From: Clostridium sp.
GTDB lineage: Bacteria; Bacillota; Clostridia; Lachnospirales; Lachnospiraceae
Direction of reading: 5' to 3'
Length of the DNA stretch: 64,000 nucleotides
Assembly (NCBI GenBank): GCA_023663615.1
Contig: JAMPHA010000001.1
Span: 153,928 to 217,927 of the forward strand
In this document: positions 8,430 through 16,560 of the stretch, piece by piece
Layout of the letters: each line of letters starts with the position of its first letter
Position numbering within the stretch: the first letter of the stretch is position 1
The notes under the pieces: generated by a model
Seen by the model: only the letters and a program-made list of their open reading frames with translations
Databases searched by the model: none
Told to the model about the DNA's origin: nothing
Program-made: the position numbers and the translations under genes

Positions 8430-9481
8430 CAGGGGGAACAACAATGAGCTTTTTGATGGGCGCCGATCTTTCGTCGCTGCAGGCGATGGAAGATTACGGG
8501 GCAAAATACTATGATCTGGACGGCAGTGAAAAAGACGCCATAGAAATCTTAAAAGCGCACGGCGTCAACGCGGTCCGGCTGCGGATCTGGAATCAGCCGG
8601 AAAAGTCTTTTGACCGGGGCGATTACTGCGATCTGAAAGGAACGCTGGCGCTGGCAAAACGGATCAAGGAGGCCGGATTGCAGTTTTTGCTGGATTTTCA
8701 TTACAGCGATTTCTGGGCGGACTGGAAAAAGCAGACGATCCCAGCGCAGTGGAGCGGGCAGGGAAAAGAGGAACTGGCAAAGAGCGTCTATCGTTACACC
8801 AAAGAGGTTTTGCAGGAACTGAAAGCGGCAGGCGCATACCCGGATATGGTACAGATCGGAAATGAGATCGGCTGCGGACTGCTCTGGGATTTCGGGACGC
8901 TGGAACACCCGGAGAATATCGCTTACTTTTTGAACCGGGGGATCCGGGCAGTCAGGGACACAGACGGGGACGTACATCAAACGGAAGTGATGATCCACTT
9001 GGAATGCGGCGGCAATGCGCCGAAAACCGAACAGTTTTTTACGATGCTAAAAGAAAACGGGGTAACGGATTACGACGTGATCGGACTCTCCTACTATCCG
9101 TATTGGTCCGGCGGGTACGAACAGCTGCGTGAAAACATGAGAAATCTGGATCGGAAGTTTCACAAACGCGTTATGATCGTGGAAACGGCGTTCCCGTATA
9201 CGGACGAATCCAACGACAATACGCCCAATGTGGTGACGTCCGAGGTCACGGTACCGACGACCGGTTTACAGCCGTCTAAGGAAAACCAGCGCAGGGTGCT
9301 GGAAGAAATCATCCGTCTGGTAAAAGAAGAAGGCGGCAGCGGCGTATTTTACTGGGAGCCGGCATGGTATTGCATTAAGGGCGCCGGCGTGGAAAAGGGC
9401 AGCGGAAACGAATGGGAAAACCAGGCGTTGTTTGACAAGAACGGCAGGGCGCTGGAAGGCGTGAAAGCATTTGAGCGGTAA
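8426..9481 (+). CDS. arabinogalactan endo-beta-1,4-galactanase, GH53, no signal peptide (predicted cytoplasmic)
   Basis: GADLSSLQAMEDYGAKYYD...VRLRIWNQP...HYSDFWADW...VQIGNEIGCGLLWD...GLSYYPYW...VETAFPYT...FYWEPAW are GH53 hallmarks, including the NE and E catalytic contexts. An alternative start at 8444 (MSFLMGADL) has an AGGGGGA RBS. Confidence 0.85.
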   Translation: MTGGTTMSFLMGADLSSLQAMEDYGAKYYDLDGSEKDAIEILKAHGVNAVRLRIWNQPEKSFDRGDYCDLKGTLALAKRIKEAGLQFLLDFHYSDFWADWKKQTIPAQWSGQGKEELAKSVYRYTKEVLQELKAAGAYPDMVQIGNEIGCGLLWDFGTLEHPENIAYFLNRGIRAVRDTDGDVHQTEVMIHLECGGNAPKTEQFFTMLKENGVTDYDVIGLSYYPYWSGGYEQLRENMRNLDRKFHKRVMIVETAFPYTDESNDNTPNVVTSEVTVPTTGLQPSKENQRRVLEEIIRLVKEEGGSGVFYWEPAWYCIKGAGVEKGSGNEWENQALFDKNGRALEGVKAFER

Positions 9482-9515
9482 CGAAGCGGGAATTTTTTTG
9501 TGCAGAGGTGTCGGA

Positions 9516-12446
9516 ATGGGGAACAAAAGGCGGATGAAAAAGCGGATGAAAAAGAAAGCGGGAAGGATGTTCGGAATCCTCATGGCGGCGGTCATGACGG
9601 CAGTGGCACTGCCGGCAGCAGGGCTAGAGAGCCATGCCGCGAAAGAGAGTGACGGGATCGATTACGAGGCGCTTTTGGACGTTGTGCAGGACAGCGATTC
9701 GTATGGAAATTATCTGAGCGCGCATGCGGGGGCGGCCTATCCGGAGGAACGGATCGTGATCTGCGGCGGAGACTTTGCGGATGCCTCCGAAGGCTTTGAA
9801 CGGCTGGAGGATTACGAGGGACTTGGCAATGCCTGCGCGCTGACGCTGGAAGAGGGAAGCATCACCTACGAGGTGTTTGTCGGGCAGGAGGGCTTTTATA
9901 ACCTGCGGCTTGTGTACTATCCGGTGGAAGGCAAGAATAACGAGATCGGCAGGGCGGTGTCTCTCAACGGGGAGGTTCCGTTCGACGAGGCGCAGTATCT
10001 CGAATTTACGCGGATCTGGCAGGATGCGGACGAGATCACGCGGGATGCGAGAAACAACGACGTACGCCCGAAGCAGGAGGAGGCGCCTTCCTGGATTTCG
10101 CTTTACGTAAGGGACAGCGAGGGATTTTATCAGGATGCGATGTATTTTTATTTTGAAAAAGGAAGAAATACGATCACGTTTCAATCCACGCAGGAGCCGA
10201 TGGTGATCGGACAGCTCATACTGGAACAGGAGGAGCGTCCGGTATCCTATGCGGAATATCAAAACGCCAATGAGCGGGCGGGATATACGGAGGTCAGTAC
10301 GGAGCCGATCAAAATTCAGGCAGAGGACGCTTCCTATAAATCCAATTCGACGCTGTATCCCATTACAGACAGAAGTTCGCCGCTCACGGAGCCCCAGAAT
10401 GCGGCGAAAACCCGGCTCAATACGGTGGGCGGGACGAACTGGAGCCTGAACGGACAGTGGATCACCTGGAACGTGGAAGTTCCGGAGGACGGCTTATATG
10501 AAATCGCCGTCAAGTACCGGCAGAATAAAAATCAGGGCGTGACCGTCGTACGGTCTCTTTACATAGACGGCAGGATCCCGTTTGAGGAAGCTTCCCAGTT
10601 ACCGTTTTATTATAACAACGCATGGAAGATCACGGCGCTTGGAAACGGGGAAGAACCCTATCAGTTTTACCTGACGAAAGGCACGCATACCCTGACGCTC
10701 ATGGTCGGGTTAGACGAGGAACTGGCTGAAATCTTACGCATGACGGATGCGTGCGTGACGCAGTTAAACGCAGCATACCGGCAGCTTTTGATGGTGATCG
10801 GCACGTCCCCGGATACGATGCGCGATTATCAATTGGAATTAAAAGTGCCGGAAGCGCTCTCCATTCTGGAAGAACAATACGCGGTTGTCCGGGTGCTGGA
10901 AGAAAAGATGAAGGACTATTCCAGCGGTTCCAAAGGAAGTCAGACGGCGACGATCCAGAATCTGGCAAACCAGCTCCGCATCATGACGGAGAATCCGAAG
11001 AAAATCGCGAAGCAGTGGTCCGCTTTTAAGGAGAACATTGTCGCGTTAAGTTCCTGGGAACTGTCCATGAAGGAACAGCCGTTGGAGATCGACTATCTGC
11101 TCGTGGAGGAGCCGGGAGAGGAACTGCCGAAGGTGAAAGCGGGCTTCTTTGCCTCCATGATCTTTGAGATCAAGAAGTTTGCGGCAAGCTTTGTGGAGGA
11201 CTATGACAGCATCGGCAACGTGTACGGCGGCGAGGTGCTGGAGGTGTGGATCTTAGCGGACAGCACCGCAATCACAAGCCAGTCCGGCGGCGGGCGGGAT
11301 CAGGCGCTTGTCATCAAGGATCTTGTGGATAATTATTTTGTGCCGGAGACGGGCATTGCCGTCAATGTCAAGCTTGTCAATAAGGACGTCCTGCTTTCCG
11401 CGACGCTTGCGGGGGAAGGACCGGACGTGGCGCTCAATGTGGCGGGAAAAGAGCCGGTGAACTATGCGCTTCGGAACGCCGCGGTCGATCTCACGCAGTT
11501 TGACGATTATGAGGAAGTGGCGTCGTGGTTTTATCATGACGCATTGACACAGTTTACGTACGACGGCGGCGTTTACGCGCTCCCGCAGACCATGTCCTTT
11601 CATGTGCTGTTTTACCGGGCGGATATTCTGAACGAGTTAGGGCTTGGGATCCCGCGCACGTGGGATGAGTTTTACGAGGCGCTTGCGGTCGTCCAGAAGA
11701 ACAATATGAATGTGGGGATCATTCCGGATTATACATCCTATGCGATGTTCTTATACCAATATGGCGGGGATTACTACACGCCGGACGATACCGCATGTGC
11801 GTTGGACAGTGAGGAAGCGATCGCCGCGTTTAAGCAGTGGGCGGGTAATTATTCCAACTATAAAATGCCGATTACCTATGATTTTGCAAACCGGTTCCGT
11901 ACGGGGGAAATGCCGCTTGCGATCGGAGACTATACCAATTATAACTATTTATCCGTTTTTGCGCCGGAGATCAAGGGGCTGTGGGGATTTACCGTGGTGC
12001 CGGGCTTTGAAAAAGAAAACGGAGAGACCGATCACAGCGTGTCCGCGTGGGAGACGGCGTCCATCATCATGGCAACCAGCAGTCAGCAGGAGAGAGGCTG
12101 GGCGTTCTTAAAATGGTGGATGAGCGCCGATACGCAGACGGAATACGGCAACGAGATCGAGAATGTGTTAGGCGTTGCGGGAAGAGTCGCAACGGCGAAT
12201 TTGGAGGCGCTTGGAAACCTGCCGTGGTCGAGCGCGGATTACAGGCAGCTGACCGCGCAGATGGAATGGGTGCGGGCAATTCCGGAAATTCCCGGAAGTT
12301 ATTATCTGGAGCGCAATATCAAAAACGCGTTTTACACGGTGTACGACGATAACGAGGATCCAAGGGAAGTATTACAGGACGCGGTCATTACCATGAATGA
12401 TGAGATCACGAGCAAACGCCGGGAATTCGGTCTGACGACAAGGTAG
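9516..12446 (+). CDS. giant (~975 aa) secreted protein: signal peptide, two CBM-like beta-sandwich regions, helical region, C-terminal family-1 extracellular solute-binding domain
   Basis: Signal sequence MFGILMAAVMTAVALPAAGLESHA. The segment IKIQAEDASYKSNSTLYPITD...WITWNVEVPEDGLYEIAVKYRQ looks like CBM6/35-type sugar-binding modules. The C-terminal ~430 aa (EVWILADS...YGGDYYT...WGFTVVPG...) resemble CUT1 solute-binding proteins. Two permease genes follow. Confidence 0.7.
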   Translation: MGNKRRMKKRMKKKAGRMFGILMAAVMTAVALPAAGLESHAAKESDGIDYEALLDVVQDSDSYGNYLSAHAGAAYPEERIVICGGDFADASEGFERLEDYEGLGNACALTLEEGSITYEVFVGQEGFYNLRLVYYPVEGKNNEIGRAVSLNGEVPFDEAQYLEFTRIWQDADEITRDARNNDVRPKQEEAPSWISLYVRDSEGFYQDAMYFYFEKGRNTITFQSTQEPMVIGQLILEQEERPVSYAEYQNANERAGYTEVSTEPIKIQAEDASYKSNSTLYPITDRSSPLTEPQNAAKTRLNTVGGTNWSLNGQWITWNVEVPEDGLYEIAVKYRQNKNQGVTVVRSLYIDGRIPFEEASQLPFYYNNAWKITALGNGEEPYQFYLTKGTHTLTLMVGLDEELAEILRMTDACVTQLNAAYRQLLMVIGTSPDTMRDYQLELKVPEALSILEEQYAVVRVLEEKMKDYSSGSKGSQTATIQNLANQLRIMTENPKKIAKQWSAFKENIVALSSWELSMKEQPLEIDYLLVEEPGEELPKVKAGFFASMIFEIKKFAASFVEDYDSIGNVYGGEVLEVWILADSTAITSQSGGGRDQALVIKDLVDNYFVPETGIAVNVKLVNKDVLLSATLAGEGPDVALNVAGKEPVNYALRNAAVDLTQFDDYEEVASWFYHDALTQFTYDGGVYALPQTMSFHVLFYRADILNELGLGIPRTWDEFYEALAVVQKNNMNVGIIPDYTSYAMFLYQYGGDYYTPDDTACALDSEEAIAAFKQWAGNYSNYKMPITYDFANRFRTGEMPLAIGDYTNYNYLSVFAPEIKGLWGFTVVPGFEKENGETDHSVSAWETASIIMATSSQQERGWAFLKWWMSADTQTEYGNEIENVLGVAGRVATANLEALGNLPWSSADYRQLTAQMEWVRAIPEIPGSYYLERNIKNAFYTVYDDNEDPREVLQDAVITMNDEITSKRREFGLTTR

Positions 12447-12456
12447 GAGGGACTCC

Positions 12457-13491
12457 ATGAACAGGGGAAAGGAACGCGCGGGGGCGATCAAACCGATGAC
12501 AAAAAAGAAGGACGGACAGGGAAACATAGAAAACCGGACAGGGGAAACGAAGGAGCCGCTTGTGCCCATGCTGCTTGCCTATGCGAAGATCCGGAGAAAG
12601 CAGTTGTTTACGGAAATCAAAAAGAATAAGTCGGCTTATTTTATGATTCTGCCGTACTGCCTGCTGTTTCTGCTGTTTTATCTGGTTCCGGTATGTATTT
12701 CGGTCGGATTAAGCTTTACGGATTTTAACGTGTTGGAGCCGCCGGAATTTGTGGGACTGCGCAATTACATCGACTTGTTTTTTGCGGATAACATTTTTCT
12801 GACGGCGGTGAAAAATACGTTCATTTTTGCGATCATCACCGGCCCGGTCGGCTATTTTATGGCGTTGTTCATCGCCTGGATGATTAACGATATTAAAAAT
12901 AAAAAACTCAGGGCGTTCATGACGCTGCTGTTTTATGCGCCGACGATCTCCGGGCAGGCGTATATTATTTGGAAATTCATTTTTTCCAGCGACCTGTACG
13001 GCATTGCAAACGGATGGCTGATGCGGCTCGGAATCATCAGCGAGCCGATCCTGTGGTTTGAGGACGCCTCCTACTGCATGACGATTTCCATCGTCGTGAT
13101 CCTGTGGATGAGTATGGGGACCGGATTTTTGTCCTTCATTGCAGGCTTGCAGAATGTGGACCGCTCCCTCTATGAGGCGGGCTATATGGACGGCGTGAAA
13201 AACCGCTTCCAGGAGTTGTGGTATATCACCCTGCCGTCCATGAAGGAGCAGCTTTTGTTCGGCGCGGTCATGACGGTCACAAGTTCGTTTGCGATCCACG
13301 ACCAGCTTGCGGCACTGGCAGGCTTCCCAAGCGTGAAATACTGCGTCCATACGGTGGTCTCCCATCTGGTGGATTACGGGACGGTGCGGCTGGAGATGGG
13401 ATACGCGTCCGCGGTCGCAACGCTGTTGTTTGTGGTGATGATCGTGTGCAACAAGTTGATCCAGAAGCTGCTGGGGAAGGTCGGCAGATAG
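12457..13491 (+). CDS. carbohydrate ABC transporter permease (LplB/YteP-like)
   Basis: Six-TM BPD_transp_1-type membrane protein with a GGAGGG RBS. The EAA-like loop is SLYEAGYMDGVKNRFQELWYITLP. Confidence 0.85.
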   Translation: MNRGKERAGAIKPMTKKKDGQGNIENRTGETKEPLVPMLLAYAKIRRKQLFTEIKKNKSAYFMILPYCLLFLLFYLVPVCISVGLSFTDFNVLEPPEFVGLRNYIDLFFADNIFLTAVKNTFIFAIITGPVGYFMALFIAWMINDIKNKKLRAFMTLLFYAPTISGQAYIIWKFIFSSDLYGIANGWLMRLGIISEPILWFEDASYCMTISIVVILWMSMGTGFLSFIAGLQNVDRSLYEAGYMDGVKNRFQELWYITLPSMKEQLLFGAVMTVTSSFAIHDQLAALAGFPSVKYCVHTVVSHLVDYGTVRLEMGYASAVATLLFVVMIVCNKLIQKLLGKVGR

Positions 13492-13519
13492 GGTTGTGAG
13501 AAAGACATGGAGGATTCGT

Positions 13520-14389
13520 ATGAAAGCGATAGGAAAGCATAAAAAAAGAGCGAATGCCAGTCACTCTGCGGCGGGGAATGCGGTCAGTTTTCTGATTCTG
13601 ACGGTCATGGGACTGTTTATGGCGCTGCCGATCATTTTGTCCGTGTCCAATTCCCTCAAGCCGTTGGAAGAGCTGTTCGTATTTCCGCCCAAGTTTTTCG
13701 TCCGGAATCCGACGACGGATAATTTTACTGATTTATTTACACTGATGAGCGAATCCTGGGTGCCGTTTACGAGGTATTTTTTTAACACGCTCTTTGTCAC
13801 CGTGGCAGGCACCTTAGGGCACCTGCTCATTGCCAGCATGTGCGCGTTCGCGCTGGCGAAACGCAAATTTCCGGGGGCGAAGCTGATCTTTGGCGTGATC
13901 GTGACCGCGCTGATGTTTTCCGTGCAGGTGACGGCGATCCCGAACTATCTCATCATGTCGAGGATCGGATGGCTGGATACATACGCTTCCCTGATCGTTC
14001 CGGCGATGGCAAAGCCGTTGGGGCTGTTTTTGATGAAGCAGTTCATGGAGCAGATACCGGACGCGCTCTTAGAGGCGGCGCGGATCGACGGCGCAAGAGA
14101 ATTTACGGTGTTCTTTAAGGTCGCGCTGCCCCAGGTAAAGCCGGCGCTTTTAACGCTTGTGATTTTCTGTTTTCAGGATTTGTGGAATATGCAGGGCGCA
14201 ACGTATATTTACAGCGAAAAATTAAAGACGCTTCCCTATGCGCTCGGTCAGATTTCGGCGGCGGGCATATCCAGAGCCGGTGTCTCCGCAGCCGTGACGG
14301 TTATCATGATGACGGTACCTATTATTTTATTTATTCTTTGCCAGAGCAATATTGTCGAGACGATGGCATCTTCCGGTATCAAGGATTGA
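13520..14389 (+). CDS. carbohydrate ABC transporter permease (LplC/YtcP-like)
   Basis: EAA loop ALLEAARIDGAREFTVFFKVALP. The ATG at 13520 has a GGAGGA RBS, whereas the tracked GTG at 13496 does not. Confidence 0.85.
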   Translation: MKAIGKHKKRANASHSAAGNAVSFLILTVMGLFMALPIILSVSNSLKPLEELFVFPPKFFVRNPTTDNFTDLFTLMSESWVPFTRYFFNTLFVTVAGTLGHLLIASMCAFALAKRKFPGAKLIFGVIVTALMFSVQVTAIPNYLIMSRIGWLDTYASLIVPAMAKPLGLFLMKQFMEQIPDALLEAARIDGAREFTVFFKVALPQVKPALLTLVIFCFQDLWNMQGATYIYSEKLKTLPYALGQISAAGISRAGVSAAVTVIMMTVPIILFILCQSNIVETMASSGIKD

Positions 14390-14400
14390 GGAGGAGCGGG

Positions 14401-15948
14401 ATGAGACGAGGAAAACAAGGGTTGGCACCCTCAAAGCAAAATCAGCAAAACCGGAAAACGCGGAGATTCTGCATAAAGCGGTTTCTTCCGGCGCTGTTAT
14501 CGGCGGCAGCCATACTGTGCTTTGACGCGCTTGCGGTAAGAGCCGAGATGCCGTACGACACCTACTCCTATAATTACTGGGGAGAAGAGGTCAAGGAGCC
14601 GCATTCCTACCTGTATTCCGGCATGATTTCGGGAAAGGAGATCGGGACGGAGTTAAGCTATCCGTCGGATCTGTTTGTCACGGAGGACGGACTTTACGTG
14701 GCGGACACGGGACATTCCAGGGTGCTGGCGCTTTCTGCCGACGGGGCGCTTGTGCGCGAGATCGGCTATGCAAAAAATGAATCCGATCCGCTGAAGAGTC
14801 CGCAGGGCGTGTTTGTGACGGAGGAAGGACATCTCTATGTGGCGGATACGGGAAACGGCCGCATTGTGGAGTATGATGAAAACGGGGGGTATCTGCGTGA
14901 GATCGGGCGCCCTGTTACGACGCTGATTCCGGACGCGCAGGAGTATTCCCCGACCAGAGTGGTCGTGGACGGCGCCGGCAGAATCTATGTGATTGCGTAC
15001 GGTATCAACATGGGACTCGTGGAATTTAACAGCGCGGGGGAATTTCAGGGATTTATGGGCGCCACGCAGGTCAGCGTCAGCATGTTTACCTATATTTGGA
15101 AGAATTATTTTTCCACGCAGGCGCAGCAGGAGCGGATGGAGACCATTATCCCGACGGAGTACAGCAATATCTTTGTCGATCGGGAGAATTTCATTTACGC
15201 CACGATCAACAACTTATCAAGCGAGGACCGGGAGGCGGGGGCGGACGCGATCCGGCGGCTAAATCCGACCGGAACCGATATTTTACGGCGGCTGGGGCAG
15301 TATCCGATCATCGGGGACTTAGACGGCGCGACGTTCGGTTACGATTATTCTTCGTTTGTGGATGTGGCGGCGACGGATTACGGATGTTACTTCGTGCTGG
15401 ACGAGACGGACGGAAAGATTTTTGCTTACGATTATGACGGGATTTCCCTGTTTGTGTTCGGGCGGAACGGCATCCGCGCAGGCAATTTCCAAAAGCCGGT
15501 TTCCATCGGGCTGAGCGGGGATGAAAGTAAGATTTATGTGCTGGATAACACGCTGAACAGCATTTTTGTATTCGAAATCACGGATTACGGCAGGCACCTT
15601 CTGGATGCGATCCGCCTGAACAATCTGGGGGATGCGGAAGGCTCCACAAGGGAGTGGCAGGAGGTATTGAAGCGCAATTCCAACAGCGAACTGGCGTATA
15701 CGGGACTTGGAAAGACGTATCTGACGGAAGGAAACTATCAGGAGGCAATGGCGTGCTTTGAACTCGGAAACAGTAAGAAATATTATTCCAAAGCGTTTTC
15801 CTATTACCGGAAGGAAGTGATGGAACGATATTTGACGAAGGCGGTCATCGCGGCGGTCGTTCTGTTTCTGGTGATCTTCGTGATCCGTAAGATTCGACGC
15901 TATAGAAGATGGGTAGGTGAGGTTCGATGCTATATGCAGAAAAATTAA
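14401..15948 (+). CDS. NHL-repeat beta-propeller protein with C-terminal TPR and C-terminal TM anchor
   Basis: The true start at 14401 follows a GAGGAGGAG RBS. N-terminal signal LLSAAAILCFDALAVRA. Repeated motifs include YPSDLFVTEDGLYVADTGHSRV and PQGVFVTEEGHLYVADTGNGRIVEY (NHL). A TPR-like segment LGKTYLTEGNYQEAMACFELG follows, with a terminal helix AVIAAVVLFLVIFVI. The tracked ORF start at 14182 overlaps the previous gene. Confidence 0.7.
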   Translation: MRRGKQGLAPSKQNQQNRKTRRFCIKRFLPALLSAAAILCFDALAVRAEMPYDTYSYNYWGEEVKEPHSYLYSGMISGKEIGTELSYPSDLFVTEDGLYVADTGHSRVLALSADGALVREIGYAKNESDPLKSPQGVFVTEEGHLYVADTGNGRIVEYDENGGYLREIGRPVTTLIPDAQEYSPTRVVVDGAGRIYVIAYGINMGLVEFNSAGEFQGFMGATQVSVSMFTYIWKNYFSTQAQQERMETIIPTEYSNIFVDRENFIYATINNLSSEDREAGADAIRRLNPTGTDILRRLGQYPIIGDLDGATFGYDYSSFVDVAATDYGCYFVLDETDGKIFAYDYDGISLFVFGRNGIRAGNFQKPVSIGLSGDESKIYVLDNTLNSIFVFEITDYGRHLLDAIRLNNLGDAEGSTREWQEVLKRNSNSELAYTGLGKTYLTEGNYQEAMACFELGNSKKYYSKAFSYYRKEVMERYLTKAVIAAVVLFLVIFVIRKIRRYRRWVGEVRCYMQKN

Positions 15949-16547
15949 AGTATGTGTTTTATGTGATTTTTCATCCGGCGGACGGCTTTTGGGACTTAAA
16001 GCGGGAAAAAAGAGGCAGCCTGTCGGCGGCGCTGACCTTTGTTGCGCTGACGGTACTGACCTTGGGGCTGGAAAAACTCAACACCGCGTTTTTGTTTAAC
16101 GATCACCGCATCTCGGAAGTGAACGTCCTGGTGGACGTCATCACCGTGCTTCTGGTATTTACGCTCTGGTGCGTTGCCAATTGGTGCACGACTTCCCTGA
16201 TGGACGGGAAAGGGCGGATGAAGGACATTTTTACCGCGATCGGGTATGCGCTGTTTCCGATCGTCTTAATCCGGCTGCCCCTCGTTCTGGTAAGTTTCTG
16301 CCTGACGCTGGAGGAAGGCGCGTTCTACTATATTTTTGGATTTCTCGCCTATGCATGGGCGGCGGTTCTGATTTTTATGGGGACCATGATGACGCATGAA
16401 TATTCGCTTGGGAAAACGGTCTTTACCTGCCTCATCACCGTGCTTGGAATGGGAATCATCCTGTTTATCGGACTGTTATTTTTTAACGTGATCTCAGAGA
16501 TCATTGAGTTTGTGTCAACCATTTACAGGGAAGTGCGTTTTCGGTAA
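15927..16547 (+). CDS. Yip1-family integral membrane protein
   Basis: 206 aa with five hydrophobic helices. The N-terminal VIFHPADGFWDLKREKRGSL is typical of bacterial YIP1-domain proteins. It overlaps the NHL gene by 22 nt, which suggests translational coupling. Confidence 0.6.
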   Translation: MLYAEKLKYVFYVIFHPADGFWDLKREKRGSLSAALTFVALTVLTLGLEKLNTAFLFNDHRISEVNVLVDVITVLLVFTLWCVANWCTTSLMDGKGRMKDIFTAIGYALFPIVLIRLPLVLVSFCLTLEEGAFYYIFGFLAYAWAAVLIFMGTMMTHEYSLGKTVFTCLITVLGMGIILFIGLLFFNVISEIIEFVSTIYREVRFR

Positions 16548-16560
16548 GGGGAGGGGACGG

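Noticed and set aside
14182-14400. N-terminal 73 codons of the tracked ORF 14182-15948, and similar long upstream extensions at 4387, 9471, 16504, 25786, 44600, 45524, 47358, 49380, 54715 and 57440
   Set aside because: The extensions overlap the preceding gene or a promoter and lack an RBS. Internal ATGs with strong Shine-Dalgarno sequences and sensible N-termini (signal peptides, Walker motifs) were preferred.
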